From assembly GCA_964016885.1 (NCBI GenBank), contig OZ024746.1:57412001-57476000 (forward strand): DNA of 64,000 nt. Reading direction: 5' to 3'. Of the stretch, positions 1 through 11,839 are shown piece by piece (within the stretch, counting starts at the first letter, position 1; each line of letters begins with the position of its first letter). The position numbers and the translations under genes were made by a program. Source of the DNA: Eledone cirrhosa (lineage: Eukaryota). The notes beneath the pieces are model-generated. The model worked only from the letters and a program-made list of their open reading frames with translations, was not told where the DNA came from and did no database searches.

Positions 1-202
1 AATTAACTAATATCTAGACTCATGCGGCAGACAAAAGTAATTCAACTTAATGGTACAGGGAATACAGAGGAAGGACATGTGGTTATATGTAGCAGCTATC
101 GCCCTCCTTTCAGCTTCTCTAAGGGATATTTTACCCGGTTTTCCAAGCTATTGTATCAGTGTTTATCAGTATCTTATGTGTTTGAAATTTTCTAAATTCC
201 TT

Positions 203-332
<130 letters not shown>

Positions 333-360
333 CTCGATATATATATATATATATATATAT

Positions 361-636
361 AGTGGTGGAACACTGGAAGGTAATATCCGTAGTGGTAGAG
401 CACTCAGTCCAAGAGACGAGTTAGTTAGAAGTGGTTACACAACAGTTAGTTCACCATACCGAGAACAATTGTTTCACCTTCGCGGATCTTCAGATCGGGA
501 TGTGTATGGTTATAGGAACAGAAAGGACAACCAATGTTTTCCTTCCTGTTCCTATTACCCTACACATCCCGAGCTGAAGATCCGCGAAGGTGAAACAGTT
601 GTTCTCGGTATGGTGAACTAACTGTTGTGTAACCAC

Positions 637-641
<5 letters not shown>
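361..641 (-). mobile_element. Fold-back non-coding module (PLE pseudo-LTR type) between (TA)n tracts
   Basis: Arms ~426-527 and ~541-641 are near-perfect reverse complements. A one-sided extension occupies 361-425. Each arm holds a hammerhead motif. Confidence 0.8.
569..608 (+). ncRNA. Minimal type I hammerhead ribozyme
   Basis: CCGAG-CUGAAGA-uCCgcgaaGGu-GAAAC-aguu-GUU^-CUCGG. Stem I CCGAG/CUCGG is perfect. The mirror copy at 459-498 (-) has a palindromic stem III (ACAAUUGU). Confidence 0.8.
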
Positions 642-680
<39 letters not shown>

Positions 681-689
<9 letters not shown>

Positions 690-1037
690 ATATTAACAAA
701 TGGAAACTATATTTATAAAACCATATTTATTTCATTATACATATTTCAAGGGTCACCAAGTTAAACTATGGTGCGCTTTCATCAGATAAAATATAATGTA
801 GGTTAGTTTTATAAATAAATATTGATATACCCTTAAAAAATGCAACCATTCTGGTTGGAATATCCAGGAGATTCCAACCTGAATGGTTCCATTTTTTAAG
901 GGTATATCAATATTTATTTATAAAACTAACCTATATTATATTTTATCTGATGAAAGCGCACGATAGTTTACCTTGGTGGCCCTTGAAATATGTATAAATA
1001 AATAAAAATAGTTTCCATTTGTTAATATATTGTATAT
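681..1037. mobile_element. Fold-back module with a hammerhead in each arm
   Basis: Arms of ~170 bp are inverted around ~860-880. A degenerate relative lies at 56343-56440. Confidence 0.75.
729..792 (-). ncRNA. Type I hammerhead ribozyme (AUA site)
   Basis: AUUUUAU-CUGAUGA-aagcgcacca...ugguga-cccuu-GAAAU-augu-AUA^-AUGAAAU. A weaker mirror copy lies at 940-1003 (+). Confidence 0.65.
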
Positions 1038-1103
1038 TTACAGGAATAGTTTGTTGAGTGCTTTATTTTGGTTGTTGTATCCCAACAAATTAAATATAAC
1101 CTC

Positions 1104-1146
<43 letters not shown>

Positions 1147-1147
<1 letters not shown>

Positions 1148-1341
1148 ACGAAGGAAATGTGGTAAGGAACCAGGGGGACCATAACGCACCAAAGTACTCA
1201 ATACTTAGAGTAGTAGAGTGGGTAATAGGAACAAGTAGGACCCCGACGGCTGAGCTCAAGCCGTTTCGACGGCTAATTCCGGTCCAGAATTAGCCGTCGA
1301 AACGGCTTGAGCTCAGCCGTCGGGGTCCTAATCGTTCCTAT
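1147..1341 (-). mobile_element. Short fold-back of the same family as 35369-36046, with the hammerhead core deleted
   Basis: Arms ~1225-1280 and ~1287-1341. Each keeps GAAAC-GGCUUGAGCUCAGCC-GUC-GGGG. The ~80-bp left extension is shared with 35369-35446. Confidence 0.8.
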
Positions 1342-1344
1342 ATA

Positions 1345-1380
<36 letters not shown>

Positions 1381-1882
1381 GATTTAAACCGTAGATAATC
1401 CATTTCATTGAGTTAAATAAGTAAAAAAAATATGCATGGAAAGCTTTTTGTGTTTACACAATGTAATTCATAGAATTCATAGTTCAGAAGCTTCTACAGA
1501 ATTTGTGACACTCTCGTGCATCTTTAAAGCTTGCAATTTCTTAAAAGCACACATTATTAACATGAAAACTTAGACCAATGTGTTACGTCTTTTTTAAAGA
1601 GAATTATATATCCGAACACAAACAAATAGATATAAACATATGTATATATTTGTAAATCATCAATCGGTATTTAATACAATACCTGTATATTTTTTCAGCA
1701 TGTGTTAAAAGCGTTCTTTTTTTTTTTTTTCATATTTCAAAGAACGTAAGTGCAAGACAAAATGGAGATGGCAAAAGTCTTCTTAAATATGCAAACATGC
1801 GTATTTTCGTTTCAAAAACAGGTTCTTCTTAACAATGTTATTCTCCCACACCACGTCTCATATATATATAGATGATATGCCA

Positions 1883-2074
1883 ATAATTGTTAATACTTTT
1901 GGCACAAAGCCAGCAATTATCCCAGTACATTACTGGTACTTTATTTTTTAGACCCCGTAAGGATGAAAGTCCAAGTTAAGCTCGGCGGGATTTGAACTGA
2001 GACCATAAAGGGCCATAACACTTTGCTGCAAACATGGTGTCCGACACTCTACAGATACTGCCAATCCACCGCCC
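1883..2074 (-). mobile_element. tRNA-derived SINE (family A)
   Basis: Reverse complement of the family consensus: A-box TGGCAGTATC-G, B-box GTTCAAATCC, core CTTTCATCCTTACGGGGTC, AT-rich tail. Confidence 0.9.
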
Positions 2075-2083
2075 TGTTATGCC

Positions 2084-2276
2084 AATAATTGTTTCTACTT
2101 TTGGCACAAGGATAGCAATTACCCAGTGCATTACTGGTACTTTATTTTATCGACCTCGTAAGGATGAAAGGCAAAGTTAACGTCGTCGGGATTTGAACTC
2201 AGATAATAAAGGGAGGTTACTCTAAGCATCAAAGCATGGCGCCCGACCCTCTACCCAGTCTGCCAATCCACCTCCC
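2084..2276 (-). mobile_element. tRNA-derived SINE (family A), tandem second copy
   Basis: Same consensus. TATGCCAATAAT occurs before, between and after the two copies. Confidence 0.9.
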
Positions 2277-2390
2277 TGTTATGCCAATAATGTTTTTGCA
2301 GATGTGGTAACACTGACTTCGAGTCTACTTTACCAATCTACCCTCTGCACAAACGGATAGCGTTAGCTATCAAAACATAGTATAGCTTAC

Positions 2391-2650
2391 TAAGGCGGTT
2401 AGTGGAAGGGAAGAGCGACGACGTACATGGGGAAACTCTAGGCCCTCGATGAAAATCAACTAGCCATTCTCATCGGAAGAACTTTCGAGCCGGGGCCTAT
2501 GGACAACTTCCAGAAATCCCTGGCCTGGCAGTGCTACCGAGGAGCTTTGCCAGTTCGCGATTAACTCTACAGGCATGGAAGTGCCGTCAGCCGGACATGC
2601 GCGCAGGGCGACGAAACCGTTCTGCACGCACTCGTCCAGTGTCGGAGCAT
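2391..2650 (+). mobile_element. Fragment of the L1/Tx1-type LINE ORF2 C-terminal region
   Basis: Similar to 4560-4810 and 39290-39550 (GGGCCTATGGACAACTTCCAGAAATCCCTGGCCTGGCAGTG; encodes DNFQKSLAWQCYRGALPV). Confidence 0.8.
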
Positions 2651-5421
2651 TAGTTAACGCGCGTTGACGGGTTCGATCTCAACAACAGGTGGTGGTTTAA
2701 CCTGAAAAGGGCTATTAGTGTAGAATCGATAAGCGTTAGCAAAAGACTAGTGAGAGAGGTAAATAAAGTTGAGGCAGAGTTAGTTAGAACGTAAGAAGAG
2801 GCGTTTAGGACATTCTTGTGGCGAGATTGGCACTCGACCAATTCTTCAACGCAAAGCATGAGGCTGCGTTATCAGAGCTAGAGCGCGTGCTCTAAGACAC
2901 GAGGGGACGAAAGCCGTTCAATGGGCCCGGGCGGTGGAGGGGCTACGTGGCAACAAGTCCACAATTCGGTCTTTGTCTGATCAAAACGGGCGCATGTTGG
3001 TCGAATCCGAGCAGATGTGTGCGGTTTTTCAACGGCACTTTGCTCAATTTTTCGGGAGCGGCACGGGCCGGATCGGAGTATGGACTTTGATGCATACCTC
3101 GACGGACTGCCACGGCTCTCGACGACCGCAACCCAGTGCTGCAAAAAGCCGATTACAGCAGGTGAAATACGGGAAGCGATGTCTGACTGCACGAGGGGTA
3201 AATCGCCAGGTTTGGATGATTTGCCCTACGAGCTTTATGCGTATATGCCAGACTTGTTCGGCGACCTCTTGGCAGATGCCTACTGCAACTGGCAGCAGAA
3301 CGGGAGTATTCCCAATTTTGTGAAACGGGGAGCGGTGGCGTTGCTGAGAAATGAACCGAACAAGAGGGACGTTATAGACAAATTCAGGCCCATAACTCTG
3401 CTAAACACAGAGTTTAAGATCGTTGTCAATGTTTTAACAAAGAGATTGGCGCTTGTCGTCGGGGATCTGGTGGGAGAGGCGCAGACATACATTCCGGACA
3501 GCACGTGTGGGGCCCCGATCTATTTGAATCAATCTAAAGCATTTGATAGGGTCGAGCATCGGTACCTTACTGCGGTCCTCGAGGCGGCCGGCTTCGGGGC
3601 CGTTTTTAGGCGCTGGATCGCTACGATGCACAGCGACAACTGCTAGACTATGAGGGTGAGTAGTCATCTGTCGCAGCCTTTCAGCATCATGCGCTCGGTC
3701 CGCGAGGGTTGCCCTCTTTCGTACCCCATGTAGGTACTTGCCCTCCTTCCGTTAGTGCACAAATGGAGACGAGGAGTGGGTTCCACGCGAACTGGGATGC
3801 GGGAGATCCATGTCATATTATGCCGACGGGGTCACCGTGGAGGTGCCGAGCACCAAACACGTCCAGATGCTCGGCACCGCTCTCAAGGAATACGAAGCGG
3901 TGACAGGAGCAAAGATACACGGTGGCCTTGCAACTCCCCATCTGGTGAGGCAAGTCCATGCCGTCCGATAGCGTCGTGGGGCGCTTGACGGAAGAACCGG
4001 TTAAATTGCTCGGGGTCTGGTTCGGTCTGGACCTCCGGATGGAGAAAAACTGGAGCGAGGGGACAGGCAGGGTGGCCTCTCAAACCCAGAAATGGGCCGA
4101 GAGGAGGCTATCTCTGAAAGGTCGGGCGGAGGTGGCGAATGCGTACATCACGTTTGACATCTGCTACAGCCTGACCGTCGTACCTTGCCACCGCCCAACT
4201 AAGACCAACATTGAACGCCTTCTCTTCCACTTTTTTGTGGAAAGGATGTGCTACCATGGTCAGACGATCCATTTGCTGTCAACACCCGTTGCATGGAGGA
4301 CTAGGCATGCCGTGGCTGATGAGGCGCAACATGCGCTGAGGCTGCGACATCTCTGGTGCTTCCTTGACGGTGAACATGTCTGGTCGCCGTTTGCCAGACG
4401 TGCTTTTATCCAGCACGTCTCCTTGACGGAGCTGCATCCTGGATCAAGAAAAGAGCGAGGGATAGCGCTTGGAATTTTGAATGACTCAAAGCGCCCACCG
4501 TCCTCTACCAGCTGGGCACTTGTATCGGTGGAAAATCCACCTTGGCATTTTATAGAGTAAAGAGCGATGACGGTCTCGGGGAGACCCTGGGCGTCGAAAA
4601 CGATCAGCTGTTCGCTCTCTTCAAGAGAAGTTTCAGACCGGGGCCTATGGGCAACTTCTAGAAATTCCTGGCCTGGCAGTTATACCGGGGAGCGTTTCCG
4701 GGTCGGGATATGCTCTACAGGTACGGAGGTGCTGTCAGCCGAGCCTGTCTGAGATGCGTGCAGGGCGACGAAACCGACCTGCACGCATTCGTTCAGTACC
4801 CGAGAATTGCTGACTTGTGAAGCTATGTCGAACAGTTGCTGTCGGGCGTAGGACGGATCCGGTTATCGATTGAGTCCATTGTGCAGATAGCCCCGCCATC
4901 CTCCTGTAAAGAGGTGGAAGGGTAGGCAGTTTTCCTCTGCCTGGTAGCCATGGCAAAATAGATTGTGTGGTGGACAAGGTTGAAAGGGTTGAAGACGGAC
5001 GCATTCCTCTCCGGCCAATCCCTGACTAACTTTTTCAAGTTTCACTTGAAGAGGAAAATCAGGGTGGAGAGGCAAGTGCTCTATTCTATTAAGTGTGTTG
5101 AAAGGTGGGTGAAAGTGGCGAGTCTGGTCTGAGTGAACGGGTCGCTCTGAGTATGCGCCTGTAGACTGAGGAGTGGGAAAGTGAGAGAGCGGGCTTGCTC
5201 TCATGGTCAGGGTGGCAATGTTTTTTTGTTTGGTTTTCACCACGAGTGAGCCTCAGAGGTTTCCCCGTTCTTGGGGAATTTTTGTCTTTGAATTTTTTTA
5301 ATTTATTTCTATCCCGATTTAAATTTTGTCATAACCTATTTACACGATCAAAACCCACTTTGTATCGTCCTGTACTGTTCTGTGCCGTCTGTGACGTCAG
5401 CCCTTGTGACCAATAAAGACA
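2651..5421 (+). mobile_element. Degenerate L1/Tx1-clade LINE (ORF2 RT and C-terminus, frameshifted)
   Basis: ORF 3017-3646 has KSPGLDDLPYELY, FRPITLLNTEFKI and NQSKAFDRVEH. ORF 3958-4560 has KLLGVWFG and LSLKGRAEVAN. The element ends in AATAAAG followed by (ATT)n. Confidence 0.9.
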
Positions 5422-5445
5422 TCATTATTATTATTATTATACTTC

Positions 5446-5744
5446 GGGGATTGGCAGTATCGGTAGAGGGTCAGACGCCATGCTTTCCAGCATAATTACG
5501 TCCCTTTACGATCTGAGTTCAAATCCCGCCGGGGTTGACTTTGCCTTTCATCCTTACGGGGTCGACAAAATAAAGTACCAGTAATGCACTGGTTAATTGC
5601 TGGCCTTGTGCCTAAAGTAGAAACAATTATTATTATTATTATAACCGCCGAGGTTAACTTTGCCTTTCATCCTTCCGGGGTCGATAAAATAAAGTACCAG
5701 TAATGTACTGGTTAATTATTGGCCTTGTGCCTAAAGTAGAAACA

Positions 5745-5750
<6 letters not shown>
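5446..5750 (+). mobile_element. SINE family A: near-full copy (5446-5628) plus a 3' half copy (5645-5750)
   Basis: A/B boxes, conserved core and AGAAACAATTATT tail. Confidence 0.9.
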
Positions 5751-5775
<25 letters not shown>

Positions 5776-5803
5776 GTATTATAATTATTATTATTATTAT
5801 TAT

Positions 5804-7210
5804 TACGGTTGCATTTATCTTGATTTATGTCCATACGAGTTATCACCAAGTCACAACCAGTGATCTCAAGAGACAACAAGGTCTGCCATGTTCAAGAAAG
5901 ATATACATACACAAACATGTATCTTTAGGTGTTTAGACTTGTGATGTACTTATATTGACAGAATTTTCCTTACTATATGGGCAGTTCCCATTAGTATATC
6001 TTTTGTATTTCTCCTATACGTGAGCTTCCTGGGATTTGCGATAAGTAGTCATTAGACACCTTAGTTATCATTCCTAGAGCGCCTACAACCACTGGTTTTG
6101 TTTTAGTTCTCAATTTCCACATTTTTTCCAATTTCTATCTCAATTTCTTGCTCAATTTTTCAAATGTTTTTATAGATACATTCTTGTCATTGGAACGGAC
6201 ATATCAGTTAGCAGGCATACCCTCTTTTTAAAGTCCTTCAGTATTATATCAGGTCTATTTGCATCTATTTTTCGGTCTGTTTGGATGCTAAAGTTCCACA
6301 AGTTTGAGATGTGATCTTTTTCAAGTATGGGAGGTGATTGATGCTCCCACCAATTCTTTTGATGGGGAAGGTCAAAATGCTTACACATTATTCTATGTAT
6401 GTATTGTGCAGCTCTGTCATGCCTGTTTAGGTATTCGGTTGGAGCTATAGGACTGCACATTGAAATTATATGATCAATGGTCTCTGGTTGTTTTTTACAT
6501 ACACGGCATAATGGGTTGCATCCATTTTTTATTACGTTGGCTTGGTAATTTTTAGTTGGCAGACACTGATCTTGTGCTGATATAATCAGTCCTTCAGTCT
6601 CCGATTTCAGTCCAGAGGATGCCAACCACTGATGGGTTAAAGTTTTGTCAACAGCAGGATTGTTAGCTCTTTCTGGGTATTTTCCATACAGAGGCTGTAC
6701 TTGCCATTTCTTAGCCAGTTTCTGTAGCAGTTTTTCTTTGCAGTTACTTTTACCTGCTTTGATTTTTCTGTGTTTTTCATTTCAGCAGTAAATAGTACTT
6801 CTGAAATGTGTAGTCCATTACTGTATCTTTGTGCATCTTTTGTAATGGAATATGATATTTTGATGCTTTCGTGTTTCAAAACGAGTTTGATCATCCAATC
6901 ATGTGATTCCCTTAGACATGTAGATAATCCAATTGTTGCAGTTTTCAACGCAATGTCTAACTGGATTAACCCACGTCCTCCTTCTTTCCTAGGGAGATAT
7001 ATTCTATCTATATCTGCCTTAGGGTGATGCATTGTGTGCATGGTTAAGCATTTTCGAATTTTTGTATCGAGCCTACGGATCTCTGTGCTTGACCAGTTGA
7101 TGACATTGTAACTGTAGGTTACTACTGGTATGGCAAGCGTGTTTATGGCATCGATCCTATTCCTTGCATTCAATTCCGTTCTTAAGATTGCTCTTACTCT
7201 GCGGTAACAG
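5804..7210 (-). mobile_element. 5'-truncated R4/Dong-type non-LTR retrotransposon with restriction-like endonuclease
   Basis: ORF 6637-7173 has HHPKADIDRIYLPRKEGGRGL. ORF 6170-6625 has CRVC..ETIDHI..C, RHD, RPDIIL and DMSVP, and a downstream frame reads PVVVGALG. (TAA)n flanks both ends, the known Dong target. Confidence 0.92.
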
Positions 7211-7289
<79 letters not shown>

Positions 7290-7353
7290 GATATAAACCC
7301 TACTTACATTTATGTAATCTGCTATGCTAGACCAAGAAATCAAATCTTAATGT

Positions 7354-7421
<68 letters not shown>

Positions 7422-7426
<5 letters not shown>

Positions 7427-8466
7427 TATGAAGAGAGAAGAAACATTTAGATATAATTAGTAATCAGATGTATCATACCTAAACTGCTTCTATATTCCTC
7501 GACTACGTAGTTTCGTTGCATAATCAAAAACAATATATCACAGAGATATAGAGCTTTTGTGAGGTCTGCCGACTTGTCAAGAGGATACCTCATTTTACTA
7601 GCTTCAAAGAACACGTCTATAAGATATGGGATAGAATCCCAAAAGGCGGAGGGGGAGTCAATCACGTGATACAACGGTCAAGAAACAGAGCTAAGCCCCT
7701 TATGTACTTTTAGCTCTGATACTGGTTCAGTCTAATCTATTAAGATTGGTTTGTCCCAGTTATTCATAGAGCAACATCGGTTAAGGTTGGCACCATTAAC
7801 TCAAGGATGGATGTGGATATATTCATGTATATGTATGTGTCCGCATGTATCTGTGTGTTTCTCAATATATTGTTTATAATTCACCCTGGTCGAGTAATCC
7901 TTGAAGTGTAGTGACTGCTGAAAGCTGCCATTACTCATACTTCTTGCCTCCTTAACCACCTCTTCTACGGCCTCGATATAAATACCCCCTCCGCCTCCGT
8001 GGTATTTTTTCAGGTTTATAAGGGGCTTAGCTCTGTTTCTTGACCGTTGTATCACGTGATTGACTCTCCCTCCGCCTTTTGGGATTCTATATCACAGCTA
8101 ATAGACGTGTTCTTTGAAGCTAGTAAAATGAGGTATCCTCTTGACAAGTCGGCAGACCTCACAAAGGCTCTATATCTCTATGATGTATTGTTTTTGATTA
8201 TGCCACGAAACTACGTAGTCGAGGAATCCAGAAGCAGTTTAGGTATGATACATCTTATTACTAATTATATCTAAATGTTTCTTCTCTCTACATAATGTAC
8301 TTTTAGCTCTGATACTGGTTCAGTCTAATCCATTCGGATTGGTTTGTCCCAGTTATTCATAGAGCAACATCGGTTAAGGTTGGCACCATTAACTCAAGGA
8401 TGGATGTGGATACATTCATGTATATGTATGGGTCCGCATGTATCTGTGTGTTTCTCAATATATTGT
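7422..8466 (+). mobile_element. Non-coding module with inverted and direct repeats (A'-B-C-A-B) and hammerheads
   Basis: 7422-7703 is the reverse complement of 8018-8299. 7702-7873 is repeated directly at 8295-8466. (TA)n flanks both ends. Confidence 0.85.
8136..8225 (+). ncRNA. Type I hammerhead with U3-A8 variant core
   Basis: UCCUC-UUGACAA-GU(c)GGCA...UGCCAC-GAAAC-UACGUA-GUC^-GAGGA. The mirror copy at 7496-7585 (-) has the same core. Confidence 0.8.
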
Positions 8467-8622
8467 AAATATATATATATATATTTATTGTTACCCATAG
8501 GCAGATCTCACACAATGCAGCCTCGACAGATGAATACTGCTTGATTATGGCTGACAACTGATGCAACCAAGATACCATAGTAAAAACCAATATATGGAAC
8601 ATTATATTATGTAACATATTAT

Positions 8623-8811
8623 GAGGGCGGTGGATTGGCAGTATCGGTAAGGGTTTGACGCCATGCTTTCCAGCATAGTTACGTCCCTTTACCATCTGAG
8701 TTCAAATCCCGCCGAGGTTGACTTTGCCTTTCATCCTTACGGGGTCGATAAAATAAAGTACTAGTAATGCACTGGATAATTGCTGGCCTTGTGCCAAAAG
8801 TAGAAACAATT
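8623..8811 (+). mobile_element. SINE family A
   Basis: Full consensus, flanked by the duplication TTATATTATGTAACAT. Confidence 0.92.
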
Positions 8812-8847
8812 ATATTATGTAACATTCTCTCATTATTTTAATTTATA

Positions 8848-9038
8848 GAGGGCGGTGGTTTGGCAGTATCGGTAGAGGGTCGGACGCCTTGCTTTCCAGC
8901 ATAGTTACGTCCCTTTACGATCTGAGTTCAAATCCCGCCAAGGTTGACTTTGCCTTTCACCATTACGGGGTCGATAAAATAAAGTACCAGTAATGCACTG
9001 GGTAATTGCTGGCCTTGTGCCTAAAGTAGAAACAATTA
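8848..9038 (+). mobile_element. SINE family A
   Basis: Full consensus, flanked by the duplication ATTATTTTAAT. Confidence 0.92.
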
Positions 9039-9060
9039 TTTTAATATATATTCCTTTGAA

Positions 9061-9164
9061 GTTCCGATGAGCCGCTCTATCTTTAAATATGTTAATTATT
9101 TTCAACTGAACCAGATCAATTCTGATCCAGAAATATTATGTAGAGTAGCGAAACAATTGTAAAC
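9061..9164 (+). ncRNA. Type I hammerhead-like motif with CCGAUGA (U4C) core and long stem II
   Basis: GUU-CCGAUGA-GCCGCUCUA...UAGAGUAGC-GAAAC-AAUU-GUA^-AAC. A second copy lies at 52077-52195 (-). Confidence 0.6.
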
Positions 9165-9283
9165 GGACATTATTATTATTAATATTATTATTCTCTACAT
9201 TTCTTACATCAAACTAAAATATGTTGACAATCTTTTAATAATATCTTCCTTGTGAAATTTGTGGCCTTGCTTTGCTTAACTGA

Positions 9284-9500
<217 letters not shown>

Positions 9501-11839
9501 CTGTGTGTGTATGTACGTGCATGTGTTTGGTTGCGAACGCGTGTTTATTTTTGTAATCCACATCCATAACCATGTCAATATTTGGAGGATAATCCGTTCG
9601 AAAACCACCCACTTATATAAAGGATGTAGTAATCATTTAGGCAGGCACATATATAATATAATTTAAACTTTTTCAACCTATAGATATCTGCCTCACTGAA
9701 TAAATTAATTCAGATTGACGTCAAATTCGTTGCTCATCAATGTAATACAACTAACTACTACTATTCTATATAAAGATAGAAAGGCAAATAGATAACATGT
9801 CGTATTTATCTATAAACACACAGCGGAAATGATAAATGGCTGATAATTGCTCAACTCGTTTTCTGTCCACCCTCACTACAGGAAGATGGGGGCATTATGG
9901 ATTCTTGTCTCATATATTTGATATATGTTTTAGATTTGCTTTTTTAATCATTTTTAAGCACTGATAACTGGTATAATGCGAAAATCAGATTGCACCTTGT
10001 TGACATGAAAGCATATATTAATGTGTGATTCCAGAACTTGTTATGAAAAAACAATTGATAAGAGCATCAGTATCAGTATTCGTTTTAGCTTGAATTTCAT
10101 AGCTATAATTGTTCAGAAATAGTTCCATTCGCCAGAAGGAGAGCAGTAAACTTACTTTTGTCTTGAATGGATTTAAATTTTATAGAGCTTAGAAAAAAGT
10201 GATTTTCATTTTGGCAATCAAAATCTGGCAAGTTTAGCAATACCACTAATTACTCCGAAACATTTATGTACCACTCCCACAATGTAATCGACTTTCTCCT
10301 CCACCCTCATCACTTACCTTGTGTCTGATATAAGAAGTATTCTTCATTTTCTCAGTAAGTCCTGATTGATTCATTTAACACCAAACCGCAGCTGGTTCTT
10401 TGTACGTTGCAAAGCTCTTTCGTTTGAAGTGTTTATATCTATCTAAAAACCTGCCATCATATTCTTATGAGAAACATGGTTGTATTATATTCACAATATC
10501 CCGATGAGAGAGTGTTTTGTATTATTAATCAGTCTACTTGATTACTTTCAAAATGTGTTTTGAATGGTGGACAGTGTCTCCCAATAGATATATGGTAACG
10601 AAATGTTTCAATATGAATTCCATTCACGTTTCATCGGTGCATAATGTTAAAACTTTCTAGTACATGCATTATGATATGTGGTGGCATTGCCACATTTCTT
10701 AAAGATTACAAGAGCGTCATTTTTTTGGCATGCAGCGTAACTTCCAATAAGAGGTAGAGAAAGAATGAAGCAGAGTCAATTATTGAAGTTTTAATAAGAT
10801 GTAATGCATCTAGATGTCTATTTTTGCGATATGAAGTTGACATAGTTCTGAGTAAGAGAGTAATCACTATTTACCAAAGGAAATTGTAGAGTTCTAACAT
10901 TACTAGACATCGTGTAATCATTAAAGATAATGACTTAATTCCTATTTTGTATTCAAGGTCATAAATCGATATATTGTGGCGTGGACATTTGTCATTATTC
11001 AATATAATGTCTTAGTAACTGAAATACATTGAGTCGATTTACCATCGTGCTTCCCAATAGGTTTGACAAATGACTATATAACATAACCAAGATATACTTC
11101 ATATGTTTTATTATCATTGTTGGCAATTTTACTATCGATCACTTTTTGCAAAAGTATTACCATCATTTTTTTACATCAAAGACCATTCAGCCATTTAAAC
11201 AGGAAGTAGAATACATCAGCTTGAAATGCGAGAGTAAACGAAAGTTTACTGATTTAAAATTCCCATAGTTCTAGATTTTATTGTAGGAAATAGAACACAT
11301 GTGATCCTCAATATTAGCAGGTGGGAAACCAGCCATATGAAGTGGAGTAACGATGCATCTTTTGGGAACAGATGATACGAAAATGATACAAACCGCTGGG
11401 CTTTGCCAAACGCGCTTGTCTATATCCAAGGCAGTTATACATTAATGATCTAAGGAACAATGTCTTGCCGTCTAAATTAAGAAGCTGAATCAATCATAAT
11501 TTGAAATATATGAAAACAACGTGTGTGAAGCTGGAATATGGTGAGAGCATTCGGCCGATATATCAGAGATACGGAGTTCAATGCTTTGTAATGACCGCTT
11601 TCAATATGCGTTTACCCCTAACAGAACACAATCAAACTGTCATACATCTCCATACCAAACTTCGCACGCATCATCCCTTCCTGCACCATGATTCCGCGAT
11701 AGAAGTGTAATATAGGTAAACACGTACTTTACTACTGTGGCGGGAACTGTGTATATCAGAGTTAAACCAACATTAAACTAGTTACACGATTATTCAACAG
11801 ATTACTCGATACTTAGGAGAGTAGTGTGACTATATTAAA

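Noticed and set aside
7447-8274. Twin 75-aa ORFs on opposite strands
   Set aside because: They result from the inverted repeat. They have no recognisable domain and overlap the ribozyme.
8623-8720. tRNA gene suggested by A/B boxes
   Set aside because: There is no closed cloverleaf. It is the head of a SINE repeated more than ten times in the window with tails and TSDs.
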